A stretch of 64,000 nt of DNA from Lingula anatina (lineage: Eukaryota; Animalia; Brachiopoda), in contig CM120641.1 in NCBI GenBank assembly GCA_051362555.1, positions 31,564,401-31,628,400 on the forward strand, in the 5' to 3' direction. The notes under the pieces were generated by a model. It saw only the letters and a list, made by a program, of their open reading frames with translations, did no database searches and was not told where the DNA came from. Shown piece by piece: positions 23,800 through 37,750 of the stretch (positions are counted from its first letter, which is position 1; each line of letters begins with the position of its first letter). The translations under genes and the position numbers were made by a program.

Positions 23800-25365
23800 A
23801 CCATAGGGGAATACTATTGTTTTTGGTAGTATTATAGTTAGGGTTTCCCATAGGGGAATACTATTGTTTTTGGTAGTAGTATTATTATTATTAGGATTCC
23901 CCATAGGGGAATACTATTGTTTTTGGTATTATTATTAATATAGTAATTATTCTTTCCGCGCGTTTTTTTTTTCGCAAATATTCTACAGAACCAGTTTCAG
24001 TGCCCTTGACCTACTTTTCAAGGTCACAGTGGCTTTTAAAGACAAAATTTGTAAAATTTAAATTTGCCATTACGCCTTCATTATAAGCCCTATGGCTAAG
24101 GGCCTTATGTCTACTGATACTGAGGCCAATTTACAGATAATGACCTACTTTTATGCAAGTAGGTCAAGGTCAAGGTTGCTAATGGCCAAACTGGCTCAAA
24201 AAAGGTTTGTTTCCGAGATCTCAGAAACCGGAAGGCCCATAGCCCCAATCATAGTGGCAAATGATGCCTTATATATTTATCTAAGGTAAACCGTACTTTG
24301 GTAGCAACTGCCTAATTACTTTTTTTAATATAGATTTTTGAATATTTATGACATTGCAGAAATCTTGAGTTTGGCAATTTCTCCATGAAACACTGGTTTT
24401 TGGTCATAGCATGCTACAGTAAACTACCCCAAACATATCCCCAAAACCCCAAATCAAATGTCAAATTTGACCTTGACCGTCATTTTCAAGGTCATTTGGC
24501 TATTTCATGGAGAAATATTGAAGTGGGCTAAAAGTGATGTTTTGTTGACCCCCCCCCCCCCCAATTCGCACATGCTCTTTCAGAATATGGGGTCAAATTT
24601 AACCCATGACCTTCACATGACCTTGTAAGAGCATTTCCACACCTTTTTTGCAGGGGAATCCTCCGCCACTGGCTTTAGCCAGTTGCAGTCTAGTTATTAT
24701 TATTATAGTTATTCTTATTCTTTCCGAGCGTTTTTTTTTTTGCAAAAAATCTGAAATAATTATCATAGGTAGCCCATGGTAAGAATATGCCACAGACCCA
24801 GTTTCAGTGACCTTGACCTACTTTTCAAGGTCACAGGGGCTTTTAAAGGCAAAATTTGTAAAATTTGAAATTGCCATTAGGCCTAAAGAATAAGCCTTAT
24901 GGCTAAGGGCCTTATGGCAAATGATACTGAGCCAAATCCACAGATAATGACCTACTTTTATGAGAGTAGGTCAAGGTCAAGGTCGCTACCTAATTACTTT
25001 TTTTAACATAGATTTTTAAATATTTATGACATTGCAGAAATCTTGAGTTGGTCAATTTCTCCATGAAACACTGGTTTTTAGTCATAGCATGCTATAGTAA
25101 ACTACCCCAAACATATACCCAAAACCCCCAAATCAAATGTCTAATTTGACCTTGACCCTCATTTTCAAGGTCATTTGGCTATTTCATGGAGAAATATTGA
25201 TGTGGGCTAAAAGTGATGTTTTGTTGACCCCCCCCCCCCCCCCCCAATTTGCACATGCTCTTTCAGAATATGGGGTCAAATTTAACCCATGACATTCACA
25301 TGACCTTGTAAAAGCATTTCCACGCCTATTTTGCAGGGGAATCCTCCGCCACTGGCTTTTGCAGT
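23800..25365 (+). mobile_element. Helentron-associated (HINE/DINE-like) element with triplicated head and a second diverged tandem body
   Basis: Subterminal inverted repeat ggattcccc...ggggaatcc, adjacent short IR, (tat)n tract, gaccttgacc/aaggtca-rich core, and 3' hairpin actggct-tt-agccagt followed by ctagtt (~24690). The body repeats at ~24700-25365. Confidence 0.7.
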
Positions 25366-25469
25366 TTAACATAATGTACTTTTGCATCAGAATTGACAGT
25401 AGCCTATTTTGTGCATAGTTATTTCCTGTTTTTTGTCTGTACATTTGACAACTTTGCTGCCTTGTTTCA

Positions 25470-28400
25470 AATTTATTGTTCTTTTTCCAGATGACCTTTT
25501 TCATACAGTGTGGTGGCTTTTTTGGTGAACTGATTCTTCCTGTCTAGTCATGGCTAATTCCTATAGAAAAACAGGCAGCAAAAGATAACAGCAAAAGCAA
25601 TGGTCTGTCTCATCCACTTGTACAATACATGGTATGTGGCAAGCTTTTAGACATTGTCAAATGGTGTGCTAAACTCTGATTCCAGAAACCGATTGTAAGG
25701 AGGAATCTGCATCTGGTATTGGTAGTAAGGAGAAGTCTTGAATGGTTATATATTGTTTTCCAGAGGACAATTATGGGTAATTTGTCACCTTTTACACAAA
25801 CAAACTCAAATCATAACATTTGATGTTTAAGATGAGGCTAATTAGATGTTGTGAAATTGAAAAAAAAAATGTTTTCAATAACTCTCAGTCTTCTCATACA
25901 AATTGTCAATAGGCTACACTTCTATTACACACAGTTAGCTGATAAGCTTATAACAGATTTTCATTGATGTTAAGCATGACTTGTACAAATTTCACAAATG
26001 TTGGACAAGATTTGTCAAAATCATTAACGTTTAACTATTTTATGCCATGAAATTTGCCAGTCTTTTCAATGTAATTTTCAGTTTTCTCCAAATTATATGC
26101 TCTGAAAATATCTTTTCCATGAGACACAGTCAGCTGATAAGCTTATCACAGATTTTTATTGCAGTTATGCATCATCTATCCAAATTTCACAAATATTGGA
26201 CTAGATTTGTCAAAATTATTAATGTTTAACTATTTTATGCCATTGAATTTGCCGGGCTTTTCAAGGTACTTTTCAGTTTTCTTCAAATAATATGCTATGA
26301 ATAAATCTTTTCCATGAGACACAGTCAAATGATGAGCTTATCACAGATTTTTATTGCTGTTATGCATCATCTATCCAAATTTCACAAATATTGGACTAGA
26401 TTTGCAAAAATTATTAACTTTTAACTATTTTAAGCCATGGAATTTGGCAGTCTTTTCAATGTAATTTTTAGTTTTCTCTAATTTATATATACTGAAAATA
26501 TCCTTTTTATAAGACACAGTCAACTGTTGAGGTTAACTTCATCAAAATAATTAATGTTTAACTATTTTAGTCTGTGAAATTTGTCAATTTTTAAAATTTA
26601 ATTTTCACTTTTTTCAAATTTATTGTTCTTTTTCCAGATGACCTTTTTCATACAGTGTGGTGGCTTTTTTGGTGAACTGATTCTTCCTGTCTAGTCATGG
26701 CTAATTCCTATAGAAAAAACAGGCAGCAAAAGACAACAGCAAAAGCAATGGTCTGTCTCATCCACTTGTACAATACATGGTATGTGGCAAGCTTTTAGAC
26801 ATTGTCAAATGGTGTGCTAAACTCCGATTCCAGAAACCGATTGTAAGGAGGAATCTGCATCTGGTATTGGTAGTAAGGAGAAATCTTGAATGGGTATATA
26901 TTGTTTTCCAGAGGACAATTATGGGTAATTTGTCACCTCTTACACAAACAAAATCAAATCATTACATTTGATGTTAAATAAGAGGCTAATTAGATGTTGT
27001 GAAATTGAAAAAAAAATGTTTTCGATAAATTCTCAGTCTTCTCATACAAATCGTCAATAGGCTATGCTTCTATTACACACAGTCAGCTGATAAGCCATAA
27101 CAGATTTTTATTGATGTTAAGCAAGATTTGTGCAAATTTCACAAATATTGGACCAGATTTGTCAAAATTATTAATGTTTAACTATAAATCTTTTCCATGA
27201 GACACAGTCAAATGATGAGCCTATCACAGATTTTTATTGCTGTTATGCATCATCTTGACAAATTTCACAAATATTGGACTAGATTTGTAAAAATTATTAA
27301 CTTTTAACTATTTTAAGCCATGGAATTTGGCAGTCTTTTCAATGTAATTTTCAGTTTTCTCCAATTCATATGCTCTGAAAAACTTTTTCAGGAGACACAT
27401 TCAACTGATGAGCTTATTACAGATTTTTATTGCTGTTATGCATCATCTGTCCAAATTACAGAAATATTGGACAAGATTTGTGAAAATTATTAACGTTTAA
27501 CCATTTTATGGCACTGCATTTGGCAGTTTTTTCAATGTCATTTTCAGTTTTCTCAAATTTATATGTTCTGAAAAAATCTTTTTCATTGGACATTGTCAAC
27601 TGTTGTGCTTTTCACAGATTTTTATTCATGTTAAGCATGGTTTGTACAAGTTTCACAAATATTGGTCAGGATTTGTCAAAATTATTTATATTTAACTATT
27701 TTATGCCTTGGAATTTGACGATCTTTTCAATGTAATTTTCAGTTTTCTCTAATTTATATGTACCAAAAATATCCTTTTTATAAGACACAGTCAACTGTTT
27801 AGGTTAACTTTATCAAAATTATTGTTTAACTATTTTAGTCCAGGAAATTTGTCAATTTGTAAAATTTAATTTTCACTTTTTACAAATATATTGTTCTTTT
27901 TCCAGGTGACCTTTTCCATACAGCGTGGTGGATTTTTTTGGTAAACTGATTCTTCCTGTCTGGTCATGGCTAATTCCTTTAGAAAAAAACAGGCAGCAAA
28001 AGACAACAGCAAGAGCAATGCAATGTCTCATGATGGTATGTTGGAAGCTTTAGGACATTGTCAAATGGTGTGCTAAACCCGATTCCAGAAACCGATTGTA
28101 AGGAGGAATCTGCATCTGGTATTGGTAGTAAGAAGTCTTGAATGGGTATATATATATTTTTTTCCAGATCACAATTTTAGATAATTCCCCACCTCTACAC
28201 AAAAAAAAACAAATCATCATATTTGATGTTTCATTGGTTAGTGAATTATATATTTTATTATTAAAATTTGTTTTCAGTAATTCTCATTTTCATCATATCA
28301 ATTGGCAATAAACTACACTTCAATTACACACAGTCTACTGACAAGCTTATCACAGATATCTGCAGTTGGTAAGCTGCATTTTTTTCAAAATTAAAAAGAA

Positions 28401-28470
28401 ATAAAATATAATATAATTGACAAAATTATTAATATTTAACTATATTCATGATGGTAATTTGGTACATTTT
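25470..28470. repeat. Second block of the satellite/cassette array (cassette copies 9-11)
   Basis: Same monomer and cassette. Copy 11 (27906) is visibly the most diverged. Confidence 0.93.
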
Positions 28471-28479
28471 TAGTCTTAT

Positions 28480-30042
28480 TCCCACCATGTCTCCTTTACT
28501 GCTTCTCCTCTTAAACTATAAGAACCTGTGTATTCATCTCATGTGTGTAGGTCAGATATAATCTTAACTTGATCCATGTGAATTTCGGGCTTTGTCGGTG
28601 CTCGGGTGTAGGTGCTGTGTTCATCACATTTCACCCTTGTCCAAAATTTGGAAAATGAAATGCTAAATATCTCCCAAACTGAAGGAATTGCGGGAAAAGT
28701 TTCTATGAATGGCTGAGAGTGATATGTGGAAATTAAATTATGCCCATTTAAGGTCAAATGGGCCAAAATTTTCTTAAAATGTGATTTTTTTGAAAAAAAA
28801 AATATTTGTGCTGATTTTCTGAAACTACACAGACCCATCCTATAATATTATGGGCAGGTATTACCCTTAGGGTTATCTTTCACCTTCATTAGTTTGGGTC
28901 AGTTGGTGCATTTTTATGGGAGAAGCAGTCATTAGATTCCAAAATTGAATACTCTGAATTCTGGAACCATAATTGCTGGAGACCTCTTGTTTAGAGCATT
29001 TTATAAAGCTTGTCAAGCACAACACCAAAGATGGTGTCTGTTTTTTTGTTTTCCATATGGTATACAAGTTGCGCCATATCAGAAAGTACAACCTCGCAAT
29101 ATTCATTGGTGAAAATAAAATGTGAAATAACTCCAAAATTAACAGAGATATGCCCATAGTTACTTTAGGACTTTAAGAGGAAGTCATATACTGGCAATCT
29201 AACTGTCACCTTGAAATTGACCTTTGACCTACTTTTAACCATGAACTGAACTTTGCAACATTTTTGTCCCTTATTTCACCAAAACTGCCAGAGATACGCC
29301 AAAAGTTACTATTGAACTTGAACAGGAAGTCATATACTGGCAATATGTGACCTTGAAATTGAATTTTGACCCACTTTTCACCATGAACTGAACTTTGCAA
29401 GTTTTCCAAAACTATATCTTCAAAATTGGCAGAGATATGCCCATAGTTCCTATTTAACTTGAATAGGAAGTCATACATTGGCAATCTAACTGTGACCTTG
29501 AACTTGACCCTTGACCTACTTTTCACAATGAACTGAACTTTGCAACTTTTCCATCCCTTATATCTCCAAAACTGGCAGAGATACGCCCATATTTAATATT
29601 GATCTTGAAGAGGAAGTCATATACTTGTAATCTGTGATCTTGAAATTGACCTTTGACCTACTTTTTACCATGAACTGAACTGACATTTCCAAGCTCTGAT
29701 ATATACAATTGAACTTGAATGGGAAGTCCTATATTCTCATTCTTACTGCAACCTTGGATTTAAACTTTCCAAATTTCCAATCTCTGATATATACAATTGA
29801 ACTTGGATGGGAAGTCCTATATTCTCATTCTCACTGCAACCTTGGATTTAAACTTTAACTTCTCCCCACAATTTTGTTATAAATTGAAATATTCTTAAAA
29901 AAATTGAGAACTCTTATTTACTGCATTTTGTTTGTCAAGCACAACACTGGAGGTGGACTCCCTTTTTGTTTCTATTAGAATGTGCTTACTTCAGCTGGTG
30001 GTACAATACCAGGAGGCGGTATCCTCTCTCTGACCCTCTAGT
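28480..30042 (+). mobile_element. HINE-like interspersed repeat with internal ~120-130-bp tandem units
   Basis: Repeated aggaagtcatatact...gaccttgaaattgacctttgacctacttt...atgaactgaactttgcaa units. Ends in ctctagtt. Interrupts degenerate satellite on both sides. Confidence 0.55.
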
Positions 30043-30875
30043 TTTCACCTTTCTCAAATGAATTGTGGAAAAAAACTTCAATTACACATAGCAGATTAAC
30101 TGGTTTTATCTTTTTTTTTATTGTTAAACATAAGTGATAAACATTTCACAAACTGTGGACTAGATTTGTCAAAATCATTAACTTTTAACTATTTTTATCC
30201 ATGGAATTTGCCAGTCTTTGAAAAGTTGTTATAAGTTTTCTCAAATATGTTGTCCTAAATATTACTTTCATTACATACAGGTAACTGATCTGCTTATTTT
30301 AGATTATTTCAGTTGCTAATTAAGCCACAGTTGTTCAAGTTTTACAAACATGAGAGTACATCTCGCAGAGTTATTAACGTTTAACTATTTTAATCTGTTG
30401 AATTTAGCAGTTTTTTAATATAATTTGCACTCTTTTTAAATATATGTTGTAAAAAAAATGCAGTTACACAGTCATCAGTAATCACACAGTGTATCTGAAT
30501 CACATTTCTATTGCTGTTAAGCAGCATTTGTACAAGTATCACAAATAATGGACTAGATTTGTCAAAATTATTAATGCTTAACTATTGTAAGCCATGTAAT
30601 TTGCCAGTTTTTTTAATGTAATCAGTTTTCTTAATGTTGTCCAAAAAAAAAAAAAAAAAAAAATCACAATCAACTGATAAGCTTGTCTCAGATTTATAAA
30701 GTTGTTAAGCTTCAGTTGTGCAATTGTCACAATCATTGGACTTGATATGTCATTATTATTTTAATTTCAAACATTTAACTGTTTTTATCCATGGAATTTG
30801 CCAGTCTTTTAAGTGTAGTTTTCACTTTTCTCAAAAATTCACTTCAATTACACACAGTCAACAGATAAGGTTACC
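30043..30875. repeat. Degenerate satellite monomers at the array edge
   Basis: Recognisable ggactagatttgtcaaaat...taactattt...catggaatttgccagtc motifs at roughly monomer spacing, with many substitutions. Confidence 0.8.
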
Positions 30876-33560
30876 TCAATCATAATCAAGTTGCTCTTTC
30901 TAGACTGAAACACAGATGAAGGTCTAACGTTTAAAAATCAACCTTATTAGATTTTTGCTCACATACTCCTGGACATACACTGTAGATTCATGTGTGGACA
31001 TACAAAGACGTAGATGTCATATACAGCTACATATAGTATGTTGATATCATAATGTGATAGGTACTTATTGCAACAGAGACGATCATATTTTCCTCCAGGT
31101 GGCGTTAAAGTACTGCCCAGTTTGTCAAACATGGAGAAAACTGTTCAAATAAAAGCAGTGGACCAATGTAGAATCGCCATTGACCTACATAATAATAATT
31201 CATTTTGGGTGTTTTCTTCTGGTTTCTTTTTGAAATATTTTTAACACAAATGCACTATATATGTGCATTTTGATTGTAGTAAATTTTTAATCAAGTTTTG
31301 TTTGTCAAATAGGGGTGAGGGTTGGACAGAAAAGCTTTAGCCCCTCCCCCATAAAGCAAATTGAACCTACTCACTGGGAAGAGTTGTTACACCTTTCGTG
31401 ATCAGGGAGTGGATGCGAGGCGGTCTGGAAACTAAGTATACGAATATTTATGTTTTAACCTATTCAGAATAACGTTTCAATGTATCAGTGTTAGGGATTT
31501 AATGTTCACTTATTTATAATTGATTTTATAAAAAGTACTGTGACGCGTGCATGCATAAAAATGGTTTGGTCATTGGCCGGTGTTTCCTCCACAACATTTT
31601 GCTTCCTCCATAACTTCACCTTATCACGTCCTATGGAAACGAAAACTATTTCGAACTTCGTTGGTAGAAAAAGTATCGTCAGTTGAAGACGTACAAGGAG
31701 TATATTTGCAAGAAGCAGACAAAAAAGGGGAAATGCTGTGGAATCTCCCATTAAAATTCCCATTTACTGACATGTAAATATTTGTAGTAAGCGGTTGGAG
31801 GTCGAAATAAAAGCATAACAGACAGTAGGTACACTGTATAAGTATTACACTTCTAATTTCGGCACGATTTCACTAGTCCAGTTGTACTATTTCAGTCCGT
31901 TGAATATATAAGTTGAATTATGGCTACACTGTACAGATTTTTGTATGACGGGAGCTTTAAAAATTGTGGTTTCACTGGCCAACAATGTAAACCCTTCAAG
32001 GCATAGGGGGCGAACTGATAGCGCAAAATACTGTTTCAAACAAATGTTAATCGTTCTGTTGATACATCATGTTGATACCTTTAAAATAAAGCATTGGGTA
32101 CTAGAAACATGGCATGTCTAAGACTGCGTGGTCGTCAGATACAGGTTTGGTTTATTTCAGTAAAGATATCTGCCCCTTATGCCTTTCAGCGTGCTGTATT
32201 TTCGTAAGACCTTCAAGTTTGCCGCCGTGGCCTTTGTTAAATGGTATTACAATATTGATTACCCTCTACCAGGGCCACAGATTGATTCTTCACTAGATAC
32301 ACGTTTTCACAGATATGCTTCTAGTTAAACGAAGGGACTTTTCTGCCCTGCATGCGTCAGAGAAAAGTGTACATGGAATTAGCGGCCCTGGCAGATTGTT
32401 GGTTATGATACACGCGACCAAGAAAGTTCGGAAACGTGAAATTGTTTTTCAATAATCAAAGAAAAAAAAATGTAATGTGTTGGGAAAATCTTCTGTGTAA
32501 ATAAAGATTAACAAATTGTGGGTTCATTAACCAACAATATTTGGTTAAAATATTTACCGTGACTAAATATGGTTATTTTATAACTATTCAAAATAACAAT
32601 GTTTCCGAACTTTTTAGGGCGAAAGTACCAGCAAGGTAACGAGTGGTGACTTGGCGTTACGTTATCGGGCGAATAAAATCCGCATAAATATGGAAACTTT
32701 TGGTTGTCCAGAAAAGCTTAAATAGCTCAATTTTACAATTTTTTCATATGGCAAAAGTGAGTGTTTAGAAAGATCATTTGGAAGTTAAACAGTTTACTGA
32801 TATATATTTTCCCGACAGCGATTTTCATGATATGTTCCTTTTTTCCATGTTTTATGCTATGGTAATAATAAATCAAATCAATCATGTAAATATAGAAATA
32901 GTCACAAGTTATTAATCTTATTAGTCAGTGACGCACACATTTTGTGTAATAATTGATGAACTGCTTTATATCTCTTTAATTACTGTCAATTTCTCAAATT
33001 TGTTCTAATTTTTTTAGAAATTCTTGTAGATATTGATAACACCAAACCATAAACGAGTAGTTAAGTTGACCGTTTATTGGTGAAATGTAATACATTTGTT
33101 GTATATGTTACACCTTTGAGATATAACTTTGTCTTACATGCATGTCTCACAGATATTCAAAGTGATTAAGTAGTGATTTAAGTGTTCTTAAACTTGCTAG
33201 TTTTACAATAAAATACTTAGATATAATTAATACATAGTTGTTTGGCACTAAATAAAGACTTTCCAATACACAAAAATGTCTTACTTATTTCTTTGACGGT
33301 TGCGTTTCTCAGCGACAACCTGGGGTTGGGCTTCAAACTTGTCTTACGTTTCTAAAATTTCTTTAATGTATTACGATTTTTTTAGACGTTTACTTAGGTT
33401 ACTACAATAATTTCATTGACTCAGTGGCACCCCTCGGGTTTGGGTTCGTTTCTTGGTTCGGGTACTTGTAAATCATTGAATAGGCCTACTTTTCAAGGGG
33501 CTTTACATAAATTTCCCTTTGGTTACTATAAGAGGAAAGTTTTCCCAAGGAGGGTGGGTG

Positions 33561-33632
33561 GGAACAGTTAGAGGAGTTGGTAACGCGTTTGCCTCTGATT
33601 CAAAAAGTCCCAAGTTCGAAACCTGGCGCTCC
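33561..33632 (+). pseudogene. tRNA-derived remnant (SINE head or tRNA pseudogene)
   Basis: A-box-like tagaggagttgg and B-box gttcgaaacc at tRNA spacing. The stems pair poorly. Confidence 0.4.
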
Positions 33633-35478
33633 TGGGTCCCAGCAAATTACCTTTTGCAAAAAAATATTCAAACAAACAAGGTAAACTAATAGAAGAGGCT
33701 CTATAGGTAAGACCTGTGAACTGGAGAACGAGAGTTAAAGGGAACAGAAGGTGAAAAATGAAAGGGAATTCAACATACATATATATGTACATTATTTTTA
33801 TTATTTATTGTTTCAACAAATTCCAAGTAATTTCAACAAAGTTTTATACAAAATAAAATACGTGAAGTTACGTTTTTTTCTACGTTCATAGCAATCATTA
33901 CAATAGTGTCAAATTTCTAAAAAATTCTATAAATTATGCTTTTACAAAAAATTATACAAGACGTCTTCCAGGTAGTAGACTAACACTTATGAAGGATTTT
34001 ATGCACTTTGGAAATTGCTGCTCAAACAACAAAATCTATTTATTTATATAAAAGAGAATTTCGACATAATTCTTACCAAAACAAAATTCATATAAATTGA
34101 CCAGAACTGGTAGATAAATTGAAATCATATCGTACTTGTCAAATTTTGTTCAAAGTTGACGTTAATAATTGATTACCAATTCCATTGAGGAGCAAAGTGT
34201 CCAATTTCAGTGTTGTGAATGATATCGAAATTCCAAAATGCATATAATCTCACATAGGCGTCTCACGTGCTCTCGCACTCACGCACACCTTGTTCTATGC
34301 CGTCATGCTGATTCTCGCACAGAAAAAGGTAGACCAAAACAGTCATTTAAAGAATAGAGTGTTTTACGTTATTTTGTTAACATTTCATTACATCCTTAAT
34401 ATTGGTAGGTTAATGACACGAATTTGAGCGAAAACTTAAATTTGCACACATGCGAATCAGGAACGGCATAAAGACATGGTTAATTTCCAAGCTTATTCTA
34501 GTCATGACAATTTAAGAAAAATATACAAACAAAAATGAAAAGATTACGCAGAAAGAAAAACGGTGACTTAAAATTCATTAATCCATAAATGCTAACACCC
34601 TTACTCTGGTCTCCGGTGCTCAGTGATCAAGAAACACTTGGCAAAAATACCCCAACAGGACGCGCGGGACTGGCATCTAATCAGACCTTTCTTCTCTCAA
34701 TCACCCCTCAATCACAACCAAAGAAATATTAATTAATAATAGATATTTTCATGCATATGAACAAAGAAGTTTTTCCAGGAGAGCACTTACATTTCTGCTT
34801 TGCGATATTGGCAAAAAGTCGAACAACACACAAAGGAGCTCATGCAATGCTGATAAATTTGGGTGGCCCTAAGAAGAGAATTTTTATCACGTTGGTAACA
34901 TATATTCCCCTACTGCAATAACGAATGCGCAGTAATTTCGTGAAAATCCCTATTTCTCTCCTGGTTTCATTTTGTTAACATTGTTTTAGACCCCTCCCAG
35001 CACAGTAAATGTGTATCTGTCACTGATCAGACACAATATCAAAACACCGAAACCAAAGTAAGTTCATTCTTAACATGCGTCACAAACGTATGTCCGCAAT
35101 TTAAAAAGGATTGTTTCTTATACATGGGCAATTCTGCAATCACGTGGACAAATTTAATCATTTTCCTAAAGCTGTAATGTCCAAAGCATTATAACTTGAA
35201 GAACAGTGTTTGTAAGTTATTCTAAATTAACAACTTGTTCATTTCTCAAACTTAACGGTCACTGTATGAAACCGTTTGTGTCTCAAAAGTTTCATGTAAT
35301 GAAGTTGAGATATTTTTCTTATCGGAATCTCAGAATTCAATTCAATTTAATTCAAAATAAATATTTCAAATATCCTCAAATGCACAGCTAAGTGACTAAT
35401 TGAAGATTTGCCCACAGACAATTTTTACCTTCAACTAGAAAATCAATAGTACTGGCGCAGTACTCTACCTAAAATCGC

Positions 35479-35511
<33 letters not shown>

Positions 35512-36515
35512 TTTGATAACTATCATTTTTGTTTTCATCCATCATTTCAGCAAAATACTTTTTGAATTAAAATTATTTTGTTAAAGGTGAACTCCAAATA
35601 GTGCCGTATTTTTGTTTGAGAATTGATGGGTACTTCCTTCCGACACAATAATAAATATACATAATAAATAAAATACCTTGAAACGATATGAGCGGATAAA
35701 ATACTGTACTACGATTTAGAAACAAATCTATAACATATAACCAGCGACATGCAGGGTCGACGCCATTCATTTCTTTCTTTTTCTCTGATCAGAAGTTTCG
35801 TTAAAAATTTTTGCTGCGTACAACAATTTTTTATACACACTTTATGCAGAATATTACTATCTAAGGCAAAGATTACATTTCATATCAAATGTCAACCCTG
35901 CAAATAAACTACAAGACAAACTTCAACAAGCGAGACAATCTTGGCATGGGCGCAGGCGATGTCCAACATGAATCTGATGTCTTTGATCGGCGACGCATCC
36001 AATCACCCGGTAAACAGCGGTTGGGAGCCACTGAAATAAACGAAGAAAATCACATTCACGACACGGTTTGATGAAGCAGTGTGTTTATATCTTTACAGCA
36101 TGCTGTTTTGGAACACATGCGATTATATTAACAAAACACTATTGTGCCATTCCTATTCTTTTCTACCCTATGGGCACTGTTTAATGACAACATACTTTTT
36201 TGCATTAATACGTAAGATGCGATATGAAAGGACCAGGCGCCCGGATAACAGAAATATTCACGGAAATGAAAGCCAGTGAATGAAAACATTTGGCAGATGG
36301 GCCCAATTAGTATAAAATTGACAGGATCTAAAAAAGTCATTATCTAGGCACATTTTCACTGACCAAGCCAGGGTTTTTAGGGGGAGGGGGCGAGAATACG
36401 AAGATACATTAGCTGTTTCGTCTAGTTTTGTTTCATGTACAATTTTTTCCACATTTCATTTGTTCTTGTTTTGATTTGTTAATTTGGAAGAGAGAAGGGA
36501 TACCTCTTAAATTAA

Positions 36516-37701
36516 GGACGTCCTCTCATATTAGCTTTTTTTGCGATCTGCGCAGATTTCGCGCATGAGTAGTTTTTTGCGATAGCGGCTAATGATAAAC
36601 ATATAACATGCAATAAAATACGTAATTCACCCTTTTAAGAAATCAGTATGAAATCTTTGATGTTATTTTGGTGGAAGCGCTACGAATATGTCAACAATGC
36701 GTTGCGTATCTGTGAACGCTTGGTCTTTTACGACGTAAAGTACCCACTTGCGACTTTGTTTACAAATGCACAATGTAAGAAATTACGTGAAGACGGGATG
36801 GAAAAGAGCGTTTTAGTACGGCTTGTATAGCAGTGACAAGATCTTATCTCACGGAAAGTAATCACAATGGTTTGCATTTTGACCACAAAGTGAATTGTGG
36901 TGATTTGTCACATGGTTACGATGTGTGCAACAAGACATTGTCTTCTTCAGCATTGCTTTCCGATCACCCAGGGCCAAGTTACCGTGATTTGTATGCTGAA
37001 AACAATTCTCTTCTTTCACAATAAGTTAAAATAATTAGACTCATGGCGTTTTGTTGTTGATTTAAGTATGTTATTGAACAATATGACCTGCAAACAGTGC
37101 GATTTTCAGCTCTCCAGGAAAGATGCAACAGGTGTGCACCCGCCTGGCGTGTTGCGACGTCATTCTTGTAATGGTTTTGTTAAAGTGCAAATGGACAAAA
37201 CCATAAAACACACAACAGAGGACCAAGGGTTTTTATGCAGATACATGTAATACTTTTTTGATGCTAGGAAAATAAACAGTATATTTTAGAAGATAAAGTG
37301 TACTTTATTCCAACTTTATCCTAATTTACCCAATCATAAACAAGAGATCTAGCTGATCGACTTTAGTTTGTAAATTTATTACATCACAGAAATTATTCAG
37401 CCCATAATGCATTAGAAGATAGTCTTGAGTTACAAAACTTAGTTAATTTTTGCAATGATGAAAGTGAAGAAAATCCTTTTTTTCTGATTTTTTTTATTTT
37501 ATCCCAGTCAACTGACTCAATCCTGTGTGAAACCTTTACCAAATTCTGTAGAAAACCTTGTTTGTAAAAAAATAATTTCTCCATGTGTAGGAAAAAAAAT
37601 AAAGCTGTCAGGGTTAACATATCAGAATTAGTAATTGCTCTTCAAAGAGAAAGTCTAGATGGTCTTTATTTTCTTCTCAGCGAAATCAATCCAAACACAC
37701 A

Positions 37702-37750
<49 letters not shown>

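Noticed and set aside
33561-33632. Functional tRNA-Gln gene
   Set aside because: Acceptor and anticodon stems are mismatched; kept only as a low-confidence tRNA-derived remnant.
36648-37250. Transposase remnants in the 2.2-kb elements (short Cys-containing ORFs)
   Set aside because: No DDE or other recognisable motif by eye; the ORFs are only ~60 aa.
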